A stretch of DNA of 61,695 bases, filler included, from Choristocarpus tenellus KU-1152 (taxonomy: Eukaryota; Protista; Phaeophyceae): NCBI GenBank assembly GCA_964200185.2. It is 13 parts of 13 records of this genome, joined end to end, with 100 filler letters (N's around TTAATTAATTAA, not from the genome) between each part and the next. Parts side by side here need not be neighbours in the genome. Positions count along the whole stretch, not along the records: positions 32,357 to 37,684 come from CAXNAD020011142.1; positions 37,785 to 44,110 come from CAXNAD020008387.1; positions 44,211 to 50,698 come from CAXNAD020008023.1; 10 more parts are not named here. One strand, written 5' to 3'. Positions within the stretch are counted from its first letter, which is position 1; every line of letters begins with the position of its first letter. The translations under genes were made by a program, and so were the position numbers. Below the pieces are notes generated by a model. That model had not been told where the DNA came from, did no database searches, and saw nothing but the letters and a program-made list of their open reading frames with translations. This document shows, piece by piece, positions 36,231 through 50,435 of this stretch.

Positions 36231-38154
36231 ATAGTAAGGAGATGCTTTGAAGTACTGTACACATAAAATGTTACTATTAGTACACATGAAGAAGTAATTA
36301 TGTAGGTAGCAAGATAATGTGTGTGGAACGGTAGATTCGCGATGGATCGGAACATTGGAATATAGTGATGTTGAAGAAACATTTTAGTAAATGACTTTGT
36401 TAGTGATCTACCAAATTGCATGAAAGCGTGATTATGGAGACTAAAACCACCCCTCCCTTATGGATAGGTCTCACGCTTTGCTGTAACTCAATTAGGCACA
36501 TTCTACATCATCATCTTCTTCTTGGTGAAGCAGCAAACGTTTGGTAGCGTGCGAACAAGCGCTGGGGGGGAACGGTTTTGAGGTAGAGCACGCGGGGACC
36601 AACAAAAGGCAGTGGGAGCAAGGCGTTTGGTTGAAGTAGACCGAGTCGTCCACAACACGGCGCTGGATTGGTGAATTGATGGTGTCGAGAAAAAAGAGAC
36701 ATAATTATTTAATTTAGAATATTGTAAGCAATCCAACACAAAAAGGCGCTGTGTAGTCGGAGGTCATGTCGAAGAGCTACAATTAACGTCACAGACTTAC
36801 GGGACAAAGGTAGAATATGCATACATTAACAGTAAAAGATGGAGGTGCATCCTTTGTTGGCGGAGAGCACCCTGATTTTTCCAAGTTATGACTCTTTGGA
36901 TGTCGGAGAGGAGAGCTCGAAAAGGGAGCTATATCATGAATGATTATTTATGTTGAATATTTTGTGCTCCTGTCTGTGGATGCTTCCCAACTTCTTCCTT
37001 TGGGCGTAGCCTGATTGACCACTGTGTAGAGTTGACTACCTGGTTGATTTGCCAGACCCAGGAGGTCTTCGGAGTGAGCTCATTTGTAGACTTCTTAGAT
37101 CATTGTTCCCTACCACTCAAAAGAACCTCTCAGAGAACTAACTCTCCAGTCGAATATAGTAGGAGCAGGGTTGCTCCCACTGAATAGCCTCATGTAGGTG
37201 ATGACTCCACATTGACAGTGCCCATGTTTTCCTCGTGTTGGTGGGGGTATTGACCAATATCTGTAACATATATTTCATGCCTTATCGCGTACAATTCCAA
37301 AATTTGCACCCTCTCAGAAACAATAGAATACAGTACCTACCCCGATTTTACGCCAAATATTATGAACCAAATCGAAAAAATATGCAATTTTGTACCGTTT
37401 ATTTCGACATGCTCAAAAAAATAGACTATTGTACCGGAATTCTCGTATTCGGGCGATTTGACACAAAATCGGGGAGATATTCACGTGAGTTTGGTGCGCG
37501 CGTAAAACTTTCTCGTGAAACGTGCCCTTCTTCCTGAGTCATGACCACACAGCAGTACAGTACGTTGCTGGTAGGAGAGTAAAGTGGAAGCCATGCCTTG
37601 TGCCGCGAGAAACCTCTGCAAGATGCCTTCAAATACACCGGGCCCGCCTTTCTACACAATCTACAAGTGCCGTAAGTGCGGTGGNNNNNNNNNNNNNNNN
37701 NNNNNNNNNNNNNNNNNNNNNNNNNNNNTTAATTAATTAANNNNNNNNNNNNNNNNNNNNNNNNNNNNNNNNNNNNNNNNNNNNCCTTACAATCAAAAAA
37801 AGCGTAGGAGATGCTCTTGATATATCCTCTTTTTTTTTGCCCCCTCCCCCTAAGACCCTAAATTCGCAGTTGTCGCTAGTACTATTAATACCGGTACACA
37901 TAAGAGAAAAAAAGTATCAAATATTGTCCACTGAAGGAGCAAAAAAAAACAAACGATCCAGAACCCCTTCTTGCCCTATATAACCCTTAGAGCCCAAAGT
38001 TCAACCATTTGCACCTCCACAAAAAAAAAAGCATGGAGCGGCCAAGAATTTCAATGACTGTTCATAGTCTTTCCGACCTACTCGTACATCATCAATGAGC
38101 CGCTCCGGAGAGCCTAAAGGGGCGGTTTCAAGCTTCCTTCACTTGATTACGTAG

Positions 38155-38419
38155 GAGTCAAAGTATATTAGGGTTATAGGGTAGAGCCGCGTCCATTTGG
38201 GGTCTAATATCCAATGTTGCGATCTTGACGCAATTTTGGCTATTGTGTTTGTTAGGAAGTGTCAATATCCACGTTCTGGACACACCTTTTCATAACATAT
38301 ACACTTTACCTACTCCTATACATTTTGGAGTAGCAAAATGTCATAAAAGAACCCATGGGAAGCCAAGTCCCAAATGGACAGAGAGGGCAAAACTAGTACC
38401 CTCTAATATAGTTTCACTC
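38155..38419 (+). mobile_element. MITE family A, full copy, TSD TAG
   Basis: TAG|GAGTCAAAGTATATTAG...CTAATATAGTTTCACTC|TAG. Confidence 0.88.
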
Positions 38420-38486
38420 TAGACCAGACCCCATACAAACGGGAAGGTCTTATGTCAGAACAAAACCCACCATTCCCCCCACTCAC

Positions 38487-39062
38487 TTGACAAGCCTCTC
38501 CATCGATACTCCCCTCAACATCTCCTGCATCACCCGCCTTTTCCTCTGTTCCCTCTTTCTTGGAACCCTCCCCCCCCTCCACCCTTCCTCCCTCCACTCC
38601 CTCGCCCCGCACCTCTAACACAGCTTCACAACCGCCTTCCTGTTCACCTGAAACCATCCCGTCCTCCACCCCCACTCCACCCCCCCCTGTTGGTACCATG
38701 CCTGCTGCCCCCACCTCTGCACCGACCACGGGAATAAACGCCTCTTCCTCAATGTCCTCCCAGTTATCAGGAGTGTTTTCATCACCAAGTCTATTCCCTT
38801 TGAGCCCTTCCTCCTTTGCCTCCTTCTCGAACAAGCCCTTTTCTCCCTCACCCTCATCCGTGACAGAGCCGGCTCCAGGTCCAGCCCTAGAGTCGACCCT
38901 GGAGTCAGAGCACTCGTGGTCGTTCTTAACCTCCTTCGACAACAGTTTAGCGGCCCTGTCCTTGTCCGCCTTAAGAAAATGCAGGGATTCTTCCTCGATC
39001 AACGATGCGTTATGTATTGCTCTGATAGGACGATCCCGGTCCCTACCATGAGCTTCTCTTAC
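38487..39062 (-). CDS. Probable internal exon (192 codons, phase 0-0) of an unknown Glu/Gly-rich protein
   Basis: Bounded by TTGAAG|GTA and CAA|GTGAGT within the open frame 38403-39329. It reads VREAHGRDRDRPIRAIHNASLIEEESLHFL followed by acidic low complexity. Confidence 0.5.
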
Positions 39063-42000
39063 CTTCAAATACGAATTTTGAGTGATGTGTGCACGATAGG
39101 TGTGACGGGGGGGTGAAGGATGAGTGATTGTAGCCACTGAAACCGTAACCGTAACTGTAAATGTAACTGTAACAGCATGTAGGTAACGGCAGGAATGGAC
39201 AAACATCACTCCGAGAAACGGGCTGGGGGAGTGGACGAGTAACCTACCACACTCAAGCAAAGCCGATAAAAACAAACCCTGGAGACAGCTCCAAACAAAA
39301 CAGAATCGAACAAGTCTCCCGTCAAACAAAGGATAACGAGAGATGGGGGTAGGGCAAGGGGTAGTAAAAAATGGGAAGAGCCCTCGACCAAGCCCTGTCC
39401 ACTATAACGAAGTACTTATCTCCCGCGAGTTTGAGTTTAAAATTATCTTCATCCAGAGTGAGGAGGCAGAAGCGCAGCTGCTTCCTGAGTCGGTAATGAG
39501 GTGATGAAATATTTTAAAACCGGTTTAAACCATTCTAAATCGCCATGTTAGAACCACTGTGCACGAGCAACGCTAAGTCTAAAGCACAACCTCTAAGAGT
39601 CAAAGGGGGAGTGACTCTTGGTCATTGGCCATTTCGAGTTCAAGAGAGTTCTATTAAACTCCATTTTAAAAAAGAGGACGAAGACACCTAAAAAAAAGGG
39701 GGCAGCGATAAGCGACACTCCTGAGCAGTACTCAAAACACTATTCTACACATCAGGACTGGGTGCTCCAAAAAACTGCGCCACCAAAAAGTGGAAGGAAA
39801 TCCTAAAACCTCAGCGGCGTAAGTCTCTCTGTTATGTAGACTCAGAAAGCGCGCCAATATGTAGTGGTGGGGATATTTTCTTGTCTGGTACAACAGCGAG
39901 GGTAAAATCATTGATTGGCAGCTAATTCGATCAACTTTTCAAAACCAACTTGCAATTCTGTCAACATTTTATAGCTTCAGGTGGCACGACACTCCCCGAC
40001 TCTTGATCCAATCTTATCCCTTCCTACGATGAATTCAACATCAGCAACAAAGGAAGGGAGGGTGTGACAATGGTTTCTAAGACCTACGTGCCGCATCCCC
40101 ACAACCTATACCCCTGACACAATCCCACCTTCTGTGCAAGCTCAGGGGTCAGCATGAACGACAAACCCATCCCCTGTCCTCCCTCCATGGCTACAACCAC
40201 CTCGGTCCCTGCTCACTCCAACTCCACCTCCCCTCCCTTACTGTGCAAAATGATTCACTGCGCTTTTCTACAGGAGGATGAGATAAGGTAGGAAGAGCAA
40301 GATTTGAAAATCTTTGGCAGGACAACTTGAGAACTACCTTGTCCACCACTTCGATGTTGAATCTAGGTCCTTGAAGAGTGTTACATTGTACAAATTTGGA
40401 ATCAGTACGTTCAACGCGAAGAACATAGTGGGTCATTTAAGGAGTGGGGATGAAGAGAAAAATTGGAGTATGCAGAAGATTCGTTGTTGCGGAGGGGATA
40501 GGCGAGAACAAGCAGGAACTGGATGTGTTGGGATTAGGGGTAGGGTCCGAGGGTGTAGGACACAGATTAGGAAATGGGTATGGATACAAAGTGTTCGAGG
40601 ATTTTTCTCGGTATGCAGGGCTTCTAGGAGGGTGAAAAAATGACGAGACCCGACCACCAGTTTATTGGTCGCCCCTCTCCCTCTGTTTACGGGTTGATGA
40701 GGCCACGGCTTCAGCGAGATGCGCCGCAACAACACTTGACGTCACTTACCCCCACAACACAAACCCTGAAACTTATTCTGCTGTCACTTCGATATCTACA
40801 AAATGTCAGAGTGTTGCATGTTGCAAGCACAAGGAACAGAGTAGGACAAGCCCTTGCAGAGTTTGCATGCTTCACGAGTACAGTAGTTGTGCCAATCAGA
40901 CCGATAGGTGTACGCCTTGTCACCTTGCTCAAACCTGAATTAACCAAACAAATTGCTGCAAATTGCTGCTTGCAATCTGGTGCTCCTGTGTCTTACACAC
41001 CTGGTAACCGTTGCCCACCGGCGAAAGTATGGTTTCCTCTGAGATGTACTAGCTAACTCCTCCACGCAAAAAAGGGTATCGACTTCCTATCGCCCTCCAT
41101 TCATGTCCACTTGCCTCGATCAATGTCCTGCCCAACCAAGCAGATCAAAGTAGCTGTAGCTAGTAGTGGCTTGAAACCACTACTGACATCACCGAGTACT
41201 GTGTAGCAAGTAGGGTTGCAGCTCTCAAGAGCCGAGAGGTTTGCCAATTTGGTCAGGTACACATTTCAGACTGAGATGACACAACCATTCAGGGAAAATG
41301 TGGTGTGGACGTATCTGAACTTGCACTGCGATCAAAAGCGAACGCTTGGTCCTTCAGGTTCACCCAGATATACGACTCTCCACTGTTGACAGTGGAAGCG
41401 ACAGGTGTGGATTCTGCACTGGCTAGAAGTAAAAAGTCGAGCTGGCTTTGAGTATTTTACAACTAGGAACTATTGGAAGGAACAGGGGCATAAATCCGTC
41501 CATGTACAGAAGAAATTTTTACCAAGAGGAAGGAAGAGGCGTCAAAAACCAAATGATAACCCACTGAAAATCCACGAATAAGAAGTTGAGAAGTTGTTCG
41601 AGGAAACCAGAAAGTCCACTATATGCCCACACACCACCAATTTCTACTGGTGATTGATTGATGATATATATAGTGTAAGAGAAGCCAAAATTCAAAGGGA
41701 GACAAAATTTAACAATACGATGTATATATTTTTTATGATTCTTTTTCCTTCGAGTACCGTAGTACGTTACGTATAGTCTACACGTCATAATCTCCTGCAC
41801 CTCCTCATATTCTACGGTATAAGTGAGTTTTATGTATACCATGGAATGGTATTATATAATCTCTAACGGTAAAATGATTTCCAGGAACAAATATTTTGTA
41901 AGACGTATGTGTCGTCAGATTCTTAGTTGATGTCCTTTCTAAGTAGGCGGGACGTCAACCTTTCCACTTTCACTTCTACTTCACACTTCACTCGAACATA

Positions 42001-43361
42001 CCAGATACGGCCTTTCGTTCAGTCTATAGTTTGTTCATCAATGGCTTTCATCTTTACTGACTTTACCGTCTCTGTTTCAACAAGGTTTTCACGGAAGATT
42101 TCTGCCATGCACTGGTTAATAGTTATTAGTTATGGTAGCGTTTCCCCAAATGACAAGAACAAGACTATACTTGTAAAGTGGAAGGTATCACCAACCCTTG
42201 TGCCCCAGACACTACCGTATCACAAACATCGCCAAGTAACAACATGGCGACACGGTTTGAAGACGGTTCAAGTTCGCTGAAAGTTTTACCGAGCTCTACT
42301 TACTGTGGGAACGTTCGAACTCGTGACGACAGCCCAGTGGATGTGAGTGAATGGTAACGAAGGGAGATGGCGTTGAGGTGTTGTGAAGAGTAGTTGTTGC
42401 GGCTCTCTGACATTGTGTGCGTGCCCTGGGGAGGCTTGAAACCCAGGGCTCTGGGCATAGTTTGTAAGGCGTTCTATCTTGAGTTGAAATCAATCCAGAC
42501 TAATTTACCGCAGGGGGTGGAGAACCCGTTAGACATACTAATTCCCGGTCACCTAAGAGGAGGTTCAGCTAGGATCGTGGCGAAAAGAGTGAAAGGTCCC
42601 CGTAGAAGGAGTTGGCATGTGGGCATTGCAGCGCAAGCATCAGGTGTCCTGAGTCACGCATGGCTGACATCACTACTACCGAAACTTAGAGATTCGATCC
42701 CAAAGTTCGCACTTGACTCATCCCATTTCAATACACCTCTTCCATTTCCGCCTATAGTATGGTATTTTGATTTTTCTACATGTCTGTTGTTGAAGTTGTG
42801 AACAGAGCACATGGTGACTCCTGCGGACAAAAGCGTTAGAAGGGTTCCTTCCTCAGCGCGTTATCCTGTGACCATCTTCGAGCCTTACTTGTCACTAGTA
42901 TCTTCTAAACAACAGAGGTAACCCAAAATGTCTAGCATTCAATAGTTGTCCTTGGGTTTTTCCATCTCCCATCTGCTTAGATGGCTGTATAGCTCGGACG
43001 ACCATCAGAGAGGGAATTCCTTCTGAACGTTAGGATCTTTAGAATAGGCACGAGATAATGCCTGCACCATCCGGACGCGCCATCGCGTACGACGAACTGC
43101 GTGAGGACTGAATCCGTGTCTGCCTCCCAATTCTTTTCCCAAACGTCGCGTTCGCCGATCTTTCCCTACCAGCTCCACACGCTCCTACCCTGAAATTGTA
43201 TACAACAGTAATAGAGTTTATAATTCCCTCCTTTGTAACCCTTCACCAATTCCTTTCTGACGCGCACTCTAAAGCCCTGCACCTCCTTGATTGTTTTTCT
43301 TTCATTCATACATGTATCCCATGCATCCCTCAACTTTCCCCTCAACCCCTTGCTCCAATAG

Positions 43362-43688
43362 GTGTACCCAGACGACTACAGTACTTCTTGTACCTCAAGC
43401 CCGATTACGACGGAGTCCCTCCACGAGGATCAATCCACTTACACTCCACCTCGAGCAGGTGCTGAAACTTACCACGATGAGGAGCATGACATAGGGTATG
43501 ATGCACATCGTGAGAGCAGTGGTCTGGGTGAACTTGAAGGCAGTGGCAGAGGGGATGGTGGAGATGGCGAAAGGGACGAAGCATTGTTTAAAAGTCGTGT
43601 TGAAGGTGGGGGCGGTAAAAAAAGGAAGGCGTCTTCTGGGTGCAAGAGTCCGGCCAACCCTCCTCCGAAACAGGTGTTCAGAACATAG
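43362..43688 (+). CDS. Possible terminal exon of an unknown protein with a KKRK NLS-like motif
   Basis: A pyrimidine tract and AATAG| acceptor precede an open frame to TAG. No domain recognised. Confidence 0.3.
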   Translation: MYPDDYSTSCTSSPITTESLHEDQSTYTPPRAGAETYHDEEHDIGYDAHRESSGLGELEGSGRGDGGDGERDEALFKSRVEGGGGKKRKASSGCKSPANPPPKQVFRT

Positions 43689-45127
43689 ATGATTAGTTGT
43701 GTCTGTCTTTGTGGTGGTCTCTGGGGTTATCACAGATGACAGTATTGCTGCTGTAATAAATGGGGGATTACTGTTTATCGCGATGATGTTTCTGTGGCAA
43801 TGTGAATGTGGTGCATTTACTGTAGGGGGGGGGGGGTTCCGACTCTCACATGTTACAAGATTACTGCTGAACACGTGAAATCTTCCTGTGTTGCTGAAAA
43901 CCTGAGAAATGGACAAATTGTGCTGGTTGCGATGTCAACGTGTGTAACACCCCAACACTCTACTACATTCATCCACTCAAGATACTTTTGCGCTTTGGGG
44001 CCAAGTTATTTTCTATCGGATCTCGCTTCGTTGTCTCCACTCTCACCAGGCTTGACATAGTACTTCTGTCTGGGACTTACATTTATGTTGTGATCAGACT
44101 GTTCTTGCCCNNNNNNNNNNNNNNNNNNNNNNNNNNNNNNNNNNNNNNNNNNNNTTAATTAATTAANNNNNNNNNNNNNNNNNNNNNNNNNNNNNNNNNN
44201 NNNNNNNNNNCCCTCACCACCCCCCCCCCAGACACTTTGACCCTAAAGTCATTCTGCCAGTAACTTGAAAAGTGATGGTGGTGATGCAGAAGATCTGAGC
44301 ACCCAATAACTCTATCCTACACCACTTGTATAATAAAAATAGAAATGATTTATTGCCCTTGGACTTCTTGTGAGAAATATCTTTGTCACAGTTATGGTTC
44401 TGGGTAAGACTCTTCGGCTCATTCATCAACTAAAATAGTATATACTCAATTTGAAAGCACTTTTTGTTGTGAACCAACAAAGAAGTATGGCACAATAATT
44501 GCTCACGGAGCTGAGCCTTGGAGCTTTCCCTTGAATTGACTCGGTGCAAGACACACTGTAGAGTTCCAGCCTCATTTTCCATAGGGAAAAATGTATGCTT
44601 TCAGTAAAGCAAGAGCAAATGAAGCCTTCGTACATGAAACGAAACAAGCTGTTTGCAACTGAGTTCTAGAGAGGGTATTAATACTCAACATAGGCTGCTG
44701 AATGATACAGTACTGGTAGCTGAAATTGCAGAAGCAATATCTTCTGACTCCCATAGGTTTGGTAATGAAAGCTCCTTCCAAGTTCTGTTGAGGAAGTCCT
44801 TGGCATAAATTTAATGGCCAGCTGGTGTGATTGCTCTTGGAAGGCAGTACTGTGCCTATTGTTCATGGACAATTTTAGTTGTTGCGCACATGATATTGTA
44901 CAAAACCAAACTCTCCGGAGTATATTTGTATTCGCCCTAAACAAGAAATATACCATTACTATGTGTTGGAGTGCTTCCTTCAAATTCTTTCAAGCACCAA
45001 GTGATATTGCAGCCAAAGAAAGCCACCATAACCATGAGTAAAATTGTCCCAGCAATATCACTTCATTTGATTTGTTGCTGTACCCTTGCAAGGTTGGAAG
45101 TTCCTTAGATGTTGTCAGGCCAATATG

Positions 45128-46590
45128 TCAAGGGTGTGTAGAGAAAGCGTGCACTATGCCCAAAACATGACCAACCCTTACATTTTTTTTTGAGCATGAT
45201 TTGCCTTGGTGCAACCTCTGGCCCATGGTTGTGACAAGAAAAGGCTGCCTTGCAAATTCGTCTGATGTGTGCCTCATGCCGCGATATTGGAGAAACACAT
45301 TTCTTTGATGATGCACAAGGCCCAGCTTCTCCGTTGTAATGTTGAGCCTTTCGGGGTTTTTGTCTTGTTGTTGTGACGATACTGCATGGTGCACACTCCT
45401 AGGGCCGTGGCTTTCCCCTGAACCCTCAGCTGTATGTGGTCTAGAGCAACATCCTTGCATCGATCTGCCCTGGCTACTTTTCTGTCTTTGTTCTGTCCAA
45501 AGATTGCTGGGTCGTGCAGGATCAAGAGATCTATCTGGTGTCTGGGCCTTGTATGGGCTGGTAGTCACACCTGCTGTGACCCTGTAGCCAAATTTTTCTG
45601 AGTGTTGTAGTTCTGCAAGGAGAACCTGAACATCATTGTCCTCTGCAAGGCTGCTATAGTCCTGTAATAAGGATATGAGTGTAGCAGGGTCCATGATATT
45701 GACACTTGATAGCAGTGGATGTTTTGGTTCGATTTCGGTAGATGTAGTGAGTGAAGGAGGGGTGAGGATTGTACATGCTATAATATTGTGGGAGGATCAT
45801 CGACGCACCTTGTGTTCTTAGACGAAAATGTGGTTGTTACGGCTTACAGCTATCACACCTTGGGAAGCGGATCTGGGTGGATTGAAGGACATGGTATTGT
45901 GCTGGTACCACTTCCTTGTTCAGCACTTGAAGTACACGATGTTTCGCTTGTAGCAGGCACAAAACATTCAGTGCCCTGCTTTTTTGTCCTTTGTTTTTGC
46001 TGACCCAATCGCCAGCATCGATTTTCTTGCCTGCCCAAGTGGAATACGCAGTGAAAGACGTGGTGATGTGACATTCCAGAGTACGGATATCGCCAGCTCT
46101 TCGATCAATCAAGGATAGGACCGAGACATATACAGCGGTCATGACTTATTCTATGGGTTAGTTTAGGCTTCATAACCTCTATGGTTGTATGTTCTCTTAA
46201 CTCTGACCCAAGTCCCACCTATCCCCAAGAAGAATGCTCGACGCCCTTTGCTGACCAATATGCCCCATAAACTACTTTGCAACTATAGAGTTCTTGAGTC
46301 TTCGATAATATTATCGTGTTGTTTTGTACTTGGCATGTAAGTATGTCGAGTTCTATTGCAATGTAAATATGACTTAATTTCATTCCTACACCTTATCCTC
46401 GTTGCTTCGCGGTCTCTGATAGTATCGGCCATGAATTGGCAAAATGTCCTGGGTCCGACAGCCTTCTGGCGTTTAGTCCTGACCAAGTTCACATATTGTT
46501 GCTGGTCAGCGTCCAGACGTGCTTTACTGGCGGTGGACTCCAGACGAGTAGAGCTGGCACTCAAAGTCTGTCAGGGAGGCGGAGAGTACA
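45128..46590 (-). other. Unassigned coding-like segments, possibly exons or a pseudogene
   Basis: Three same-strand ORFs (188, 101 and 93 aa) with protein-like composition. I could not build a consistent splice model or find homology. Confidence 0.25.
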
Positions 46591-46965
46591 CTTGAGCTGG
46601 TTGGGAAGGGTCAATTCTTTGTGTGTGTGCAATATTTATACTTGGACTGTCGTTGAAGTTGTATTTGGTTCAATCGACAAGCACCTTGCTGAGAAGATTA
46701 CAAGCTGTGCGACTGAGCTTTGGCGTTCCACCTCTTATTTCTAGCCTCGTGTTCTCCTTGCCTACGACGTCCACGGGACTACAGTTCTTCATATGCGCAC
46801 ACATTGATTGTGGATTTGTTGTCAGGTTCAATACGTTTCACTCATTCGAACAACAGTTTCATACGATTTTATAAGCCTGGACTGTCATTAGAACTATTCT
46901 CGGTGTACGCATTCGGAGCTTACGAAGTTCCTCTATCATTAGACCACTAGACACGAAGCTTTACC

Positions 46966-49900
46966 ATGCTCGGTGAACCCGCCTTGGAAAGTTGTAGTAC
47001 AGAATCATCTCTACAAGGCCCGAATGATAATGATACGAAGGCCAACGCAGAAACACGACCACTAAACATTATTTCCGAAATTGTGGGGAAAATAGAATCC
47101 ACTCAATGGAGTCCCTCCAGAAGACGCGAGAGCATTATAGAGGTAGAGAAACACTAAGCTTTGAAGTAGGCACTCTACTGGGAGCTTTCGCTTTCTTGCC
47201 TTTCATCTACATCAGTGTGCTGTTCTACGTGGTGTAAGGCAAATACGTATCTTGGTCGCGTCATGCCATGCGAAGCAAAGTGAAGCTGTTCTCAAAATAC
47301 CATCGATTGACGGTGTCCACAAGTAATTGTTGCTCTTACTTTAGGTACTCAAGAGTCCACAAGGGGCCTTATCTTGTTTTGGGGCCCAAGACGCGATTTC
47401 TGACCCCCACCAAGAAGGTTTGGGAGATGACTTCAACAAGACAGCATGGAAGAAGCCCCTTACAGGCAAATATTTTTCTCGATTGATTGGCGAGCTCATT
47501 CATGTCTATGAAAAGTGTAATATCTGCCTTATATTCTGCAATGTCTTACCAGCCCTATCCTAGATCAATCAGCTTGTAGTCGACGCTCGATTTCGCTTTG
47601 GTCATCTTCCCTGTCTCCAGGAAAGGCAGTGCAACACAGGATGTCCACTATGTATGCAGATGGATTGGCCAGCTTCTTTGGCACTAGCAGTGCCAAGCTG
47701 TTTCAAATGGGTGAAGGTAATCGTGCTCCCCCCAGACTGGTGCAGACAATGCTTTTCCGATTGGCAGCATCAATTTCTTCTTGGCCTCCATTCCACTATT
47801 ACAGAGTGGATGTGCCTTGTAATGAATTTCCCTTCTTAGCCTCTTTGCAGTTAGAGATTCAAGATTTGTTTTCGCAAACAACGTTAAGCAAGATCCTGCA
47901 ACACCTACCTGTGATGAAGGGATGTCTGGTACTCCAGAGTACTTTACCTTTCTATTGAGAATACCCAATGTTTTGGATGCTCAGTTAATCTTTGGAGCTC
48001 CATTGTGCTTTATGTTTACTGCTCTCATCGTAGGCCATATCGTGCCGTTCTGTAGGACACCACAAGGAGAATTAGTTCACAAATAGCATTAAACACGCAT
48101 GGTTCACCTACGCCATTATTTATGCCGTTTCTCCGAACTCAGGTTATATGCTTTCCCAGTCTGTTCGTTGTCTTAAGTGAAAGTAGACTACCCCATCATG
48201 GGCAACCTCAATGTCACATGTACCCTTGAAGCTGAAACGAGTTATATAAGCCTATGTGTTTCCTTTGATATGCAAACAATAGTTTTCCATTCTTATGTCA
48301 TGTGCATTTGCTAGCATTTTCAGTTGAAATCCTCTCCCTGTCCCTTTTACTTCTGCTATGTTTTGCATAGGTATTGGGCTGTACTTCGTCTTTATTCAGC
48401 GGTTGTTGCACTTTTTTGTGGTGACATCTGCCCTCGCCATTCCACACCTTGTGTTTTGCTTTTTCGGAGACGGAATTACTAACAATGAGCTTGATCCACT
48501 CAACCTTCTTCTATTTTCAGCTGGAAATCACCGGTGCGTGCAAAACCACATTGCTAGCTAGGTTTGTATACTCAGGTCTGCTTCTGTCCATAAGTTGGGT
48601 TTCCTGAAGAAAGAGAAAAATTCAATCAAGACTTTTCCATCATGTCCTACATAATCAATCGAAAACCGAAATAGTTGTAACACTTCAGGAGGTGCATTGT
48701 GCTTCAAAGACCGTGAATTCCTGAGATTTTAAAAAAACATATATATATAGGGCTGTGTGCTGAAACATCGCCATACACTAGCAAACAACATAGTTGTGTA
48801 AGGAAGATCTCTACAACTAATCTAGAGTTAAGCAAATTGTCGGCCTTCTATTAACAGCTGAAGGCTTGGAATACTCTTGGACTCTCTCAATCAATAGTGA
48901 AGCAGTACTAAAATCATTAACTCTGATTCATTGTGATGAATACAAGGGGCAGGTCTAGAAATAACTGTTGAAGTAAGAGAGACGGCAAAAATAAACTAAC
49001 GTTCCTTACTATATACACCGTAATATTTTTACACAAAGAACACATGGAGTACATTGTTTGCAAGCTGGTTCAAGCTTGGGTTTCTGAAGAGTGAATGCTC
49101 TAGTGATATTTTGGTTGTGATGCTTCCTGGAAGTGATACATCAAAATAAATCTACTCATCTAACAAAAAAAGGTTTTTCCCAAGCAAAAATTGTTTCCCC
49201 TCTTCCTTCCAATCTTTGCACCTCTGTTCAGCAGATAAATGATGTCCCAACAACTCTGCCCCGCCCTCTGTCACTCAGGTATCACAATTATACTGAGGAA
49301 AATTTAGGGAGAGCCCACCCTTGCCTCAATGACAGCACCTCTCTTGTTGATACTGTCTTTGGGGAAAACACTGCTGGGTGCCAGGACTTTTTTTACCATG
49401 TCTGGAAGTCCTCTACAGCTCTGGTGACGGCTGAGACTGGCTCCTACATTATCTCGGTGTGTTGCATGGTGTTTGACCTAAGAAAAGTATGTGGATTAAG
49501 GGGACGACAACATGATTTGGTGCATGGAAATATGGATGCATGTTGTTGGATTGGTTGCAATTCACAGTAGCAGCGGCATATCAAAGTAGCAGGGTGCCCA
49601 ATAGATGAAGCAAATGAACATCATACTCCAAGAAAATCAGAATGATATCTTTCCTCTGCTTACTGATGAATGGATGGGGGCAGTGTAGCCATTAGACAAA
49701 CCTCACAAGAACCTGAATCGATGTATCCTTTGTCACATTGCAGTTGCTTGCTGAAACAGAGCCAATATTCCAAGTTACATGTTGTTGCACCACATAATAT
49801 CCCAACTGTACGCGTACAATATGTCAATATGGACAGGGCTGTGACTTGATGTGCTGCCTAATGCTCATCTGGCTCTACAAAGAGCTTAGGGCTGATGTAG

Positions 49901-50435
49901 TGAGGTTACGTGGTGTGGCAAACAGTGAGAACATCACCCCGGCCGACTTTACAGTATGCGTCAAGGGATTGCCTGAGGATGCACAGGACGAGGTATTCTG
50001 CCTTATGTCTTGGGGCATAGAGCTCCACATTGTGATAAAACAACATAATGCGTGTCTTGTGGACGTTTATAGAAACAGAAGTGCCATTGGAGGTCAAAGG
50101 CACCCAGCTGATCGAGGTGATCTTTGTCCACCTTCCTGAGACAGTTTATGTCTTGCACAAGTGCTTCATCTCTGAGAAGTCCCTTTCATGGAGAAGACCA
50201 ATTGCTCTATCCTTTTCCCCTCCTTTCTCCCCTTCCTCTTGAAGTAGGAGGTCATCGATCATTTCTCTTCCTTGTTTCGCCTAGATCAGCCTGGGTGGGA
50301 GTTTAAGGGATGGGGCTGTTATAGTTCCTGTCGCATTGGATCCAAAAGAGTGGACCTACCTCAGCATGTGGTGGACTACATGGGAGCTTCGATCGGCGCT
50401 TCATTAAAGGCAGTCAAGTCCACTGCACACTCAAG
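46966..50435 (+). CDS. OSCA/TMEM63(CSC1)/TMC-superfamily membrane protein, 5' part (exons 46966-47142, 47345-47465, 47621-47716, 48371-48533, 49279-49456, 49837-49992, 50248-~50435)
   Basis: Phase-consistent exons read MGEGIGLYFVFIQRLLHFFVVTSALAIP...FSAGN, then GCDLMCCLMLIWL...ITPADFTVCVKGLPEDAQDEEVIDHFS. These match the G.LYF..L...F and T..DFTV.V.GLP...HF motifs. Intron 2 is GC-AG. The first two exons are less certain. Confidence 0.75.

Noticed and set aside
42130-42230. Possible chromodomain (LVKWK)
   Set aside because: The rest of the domain and any adjacent integrase are not recognisable.
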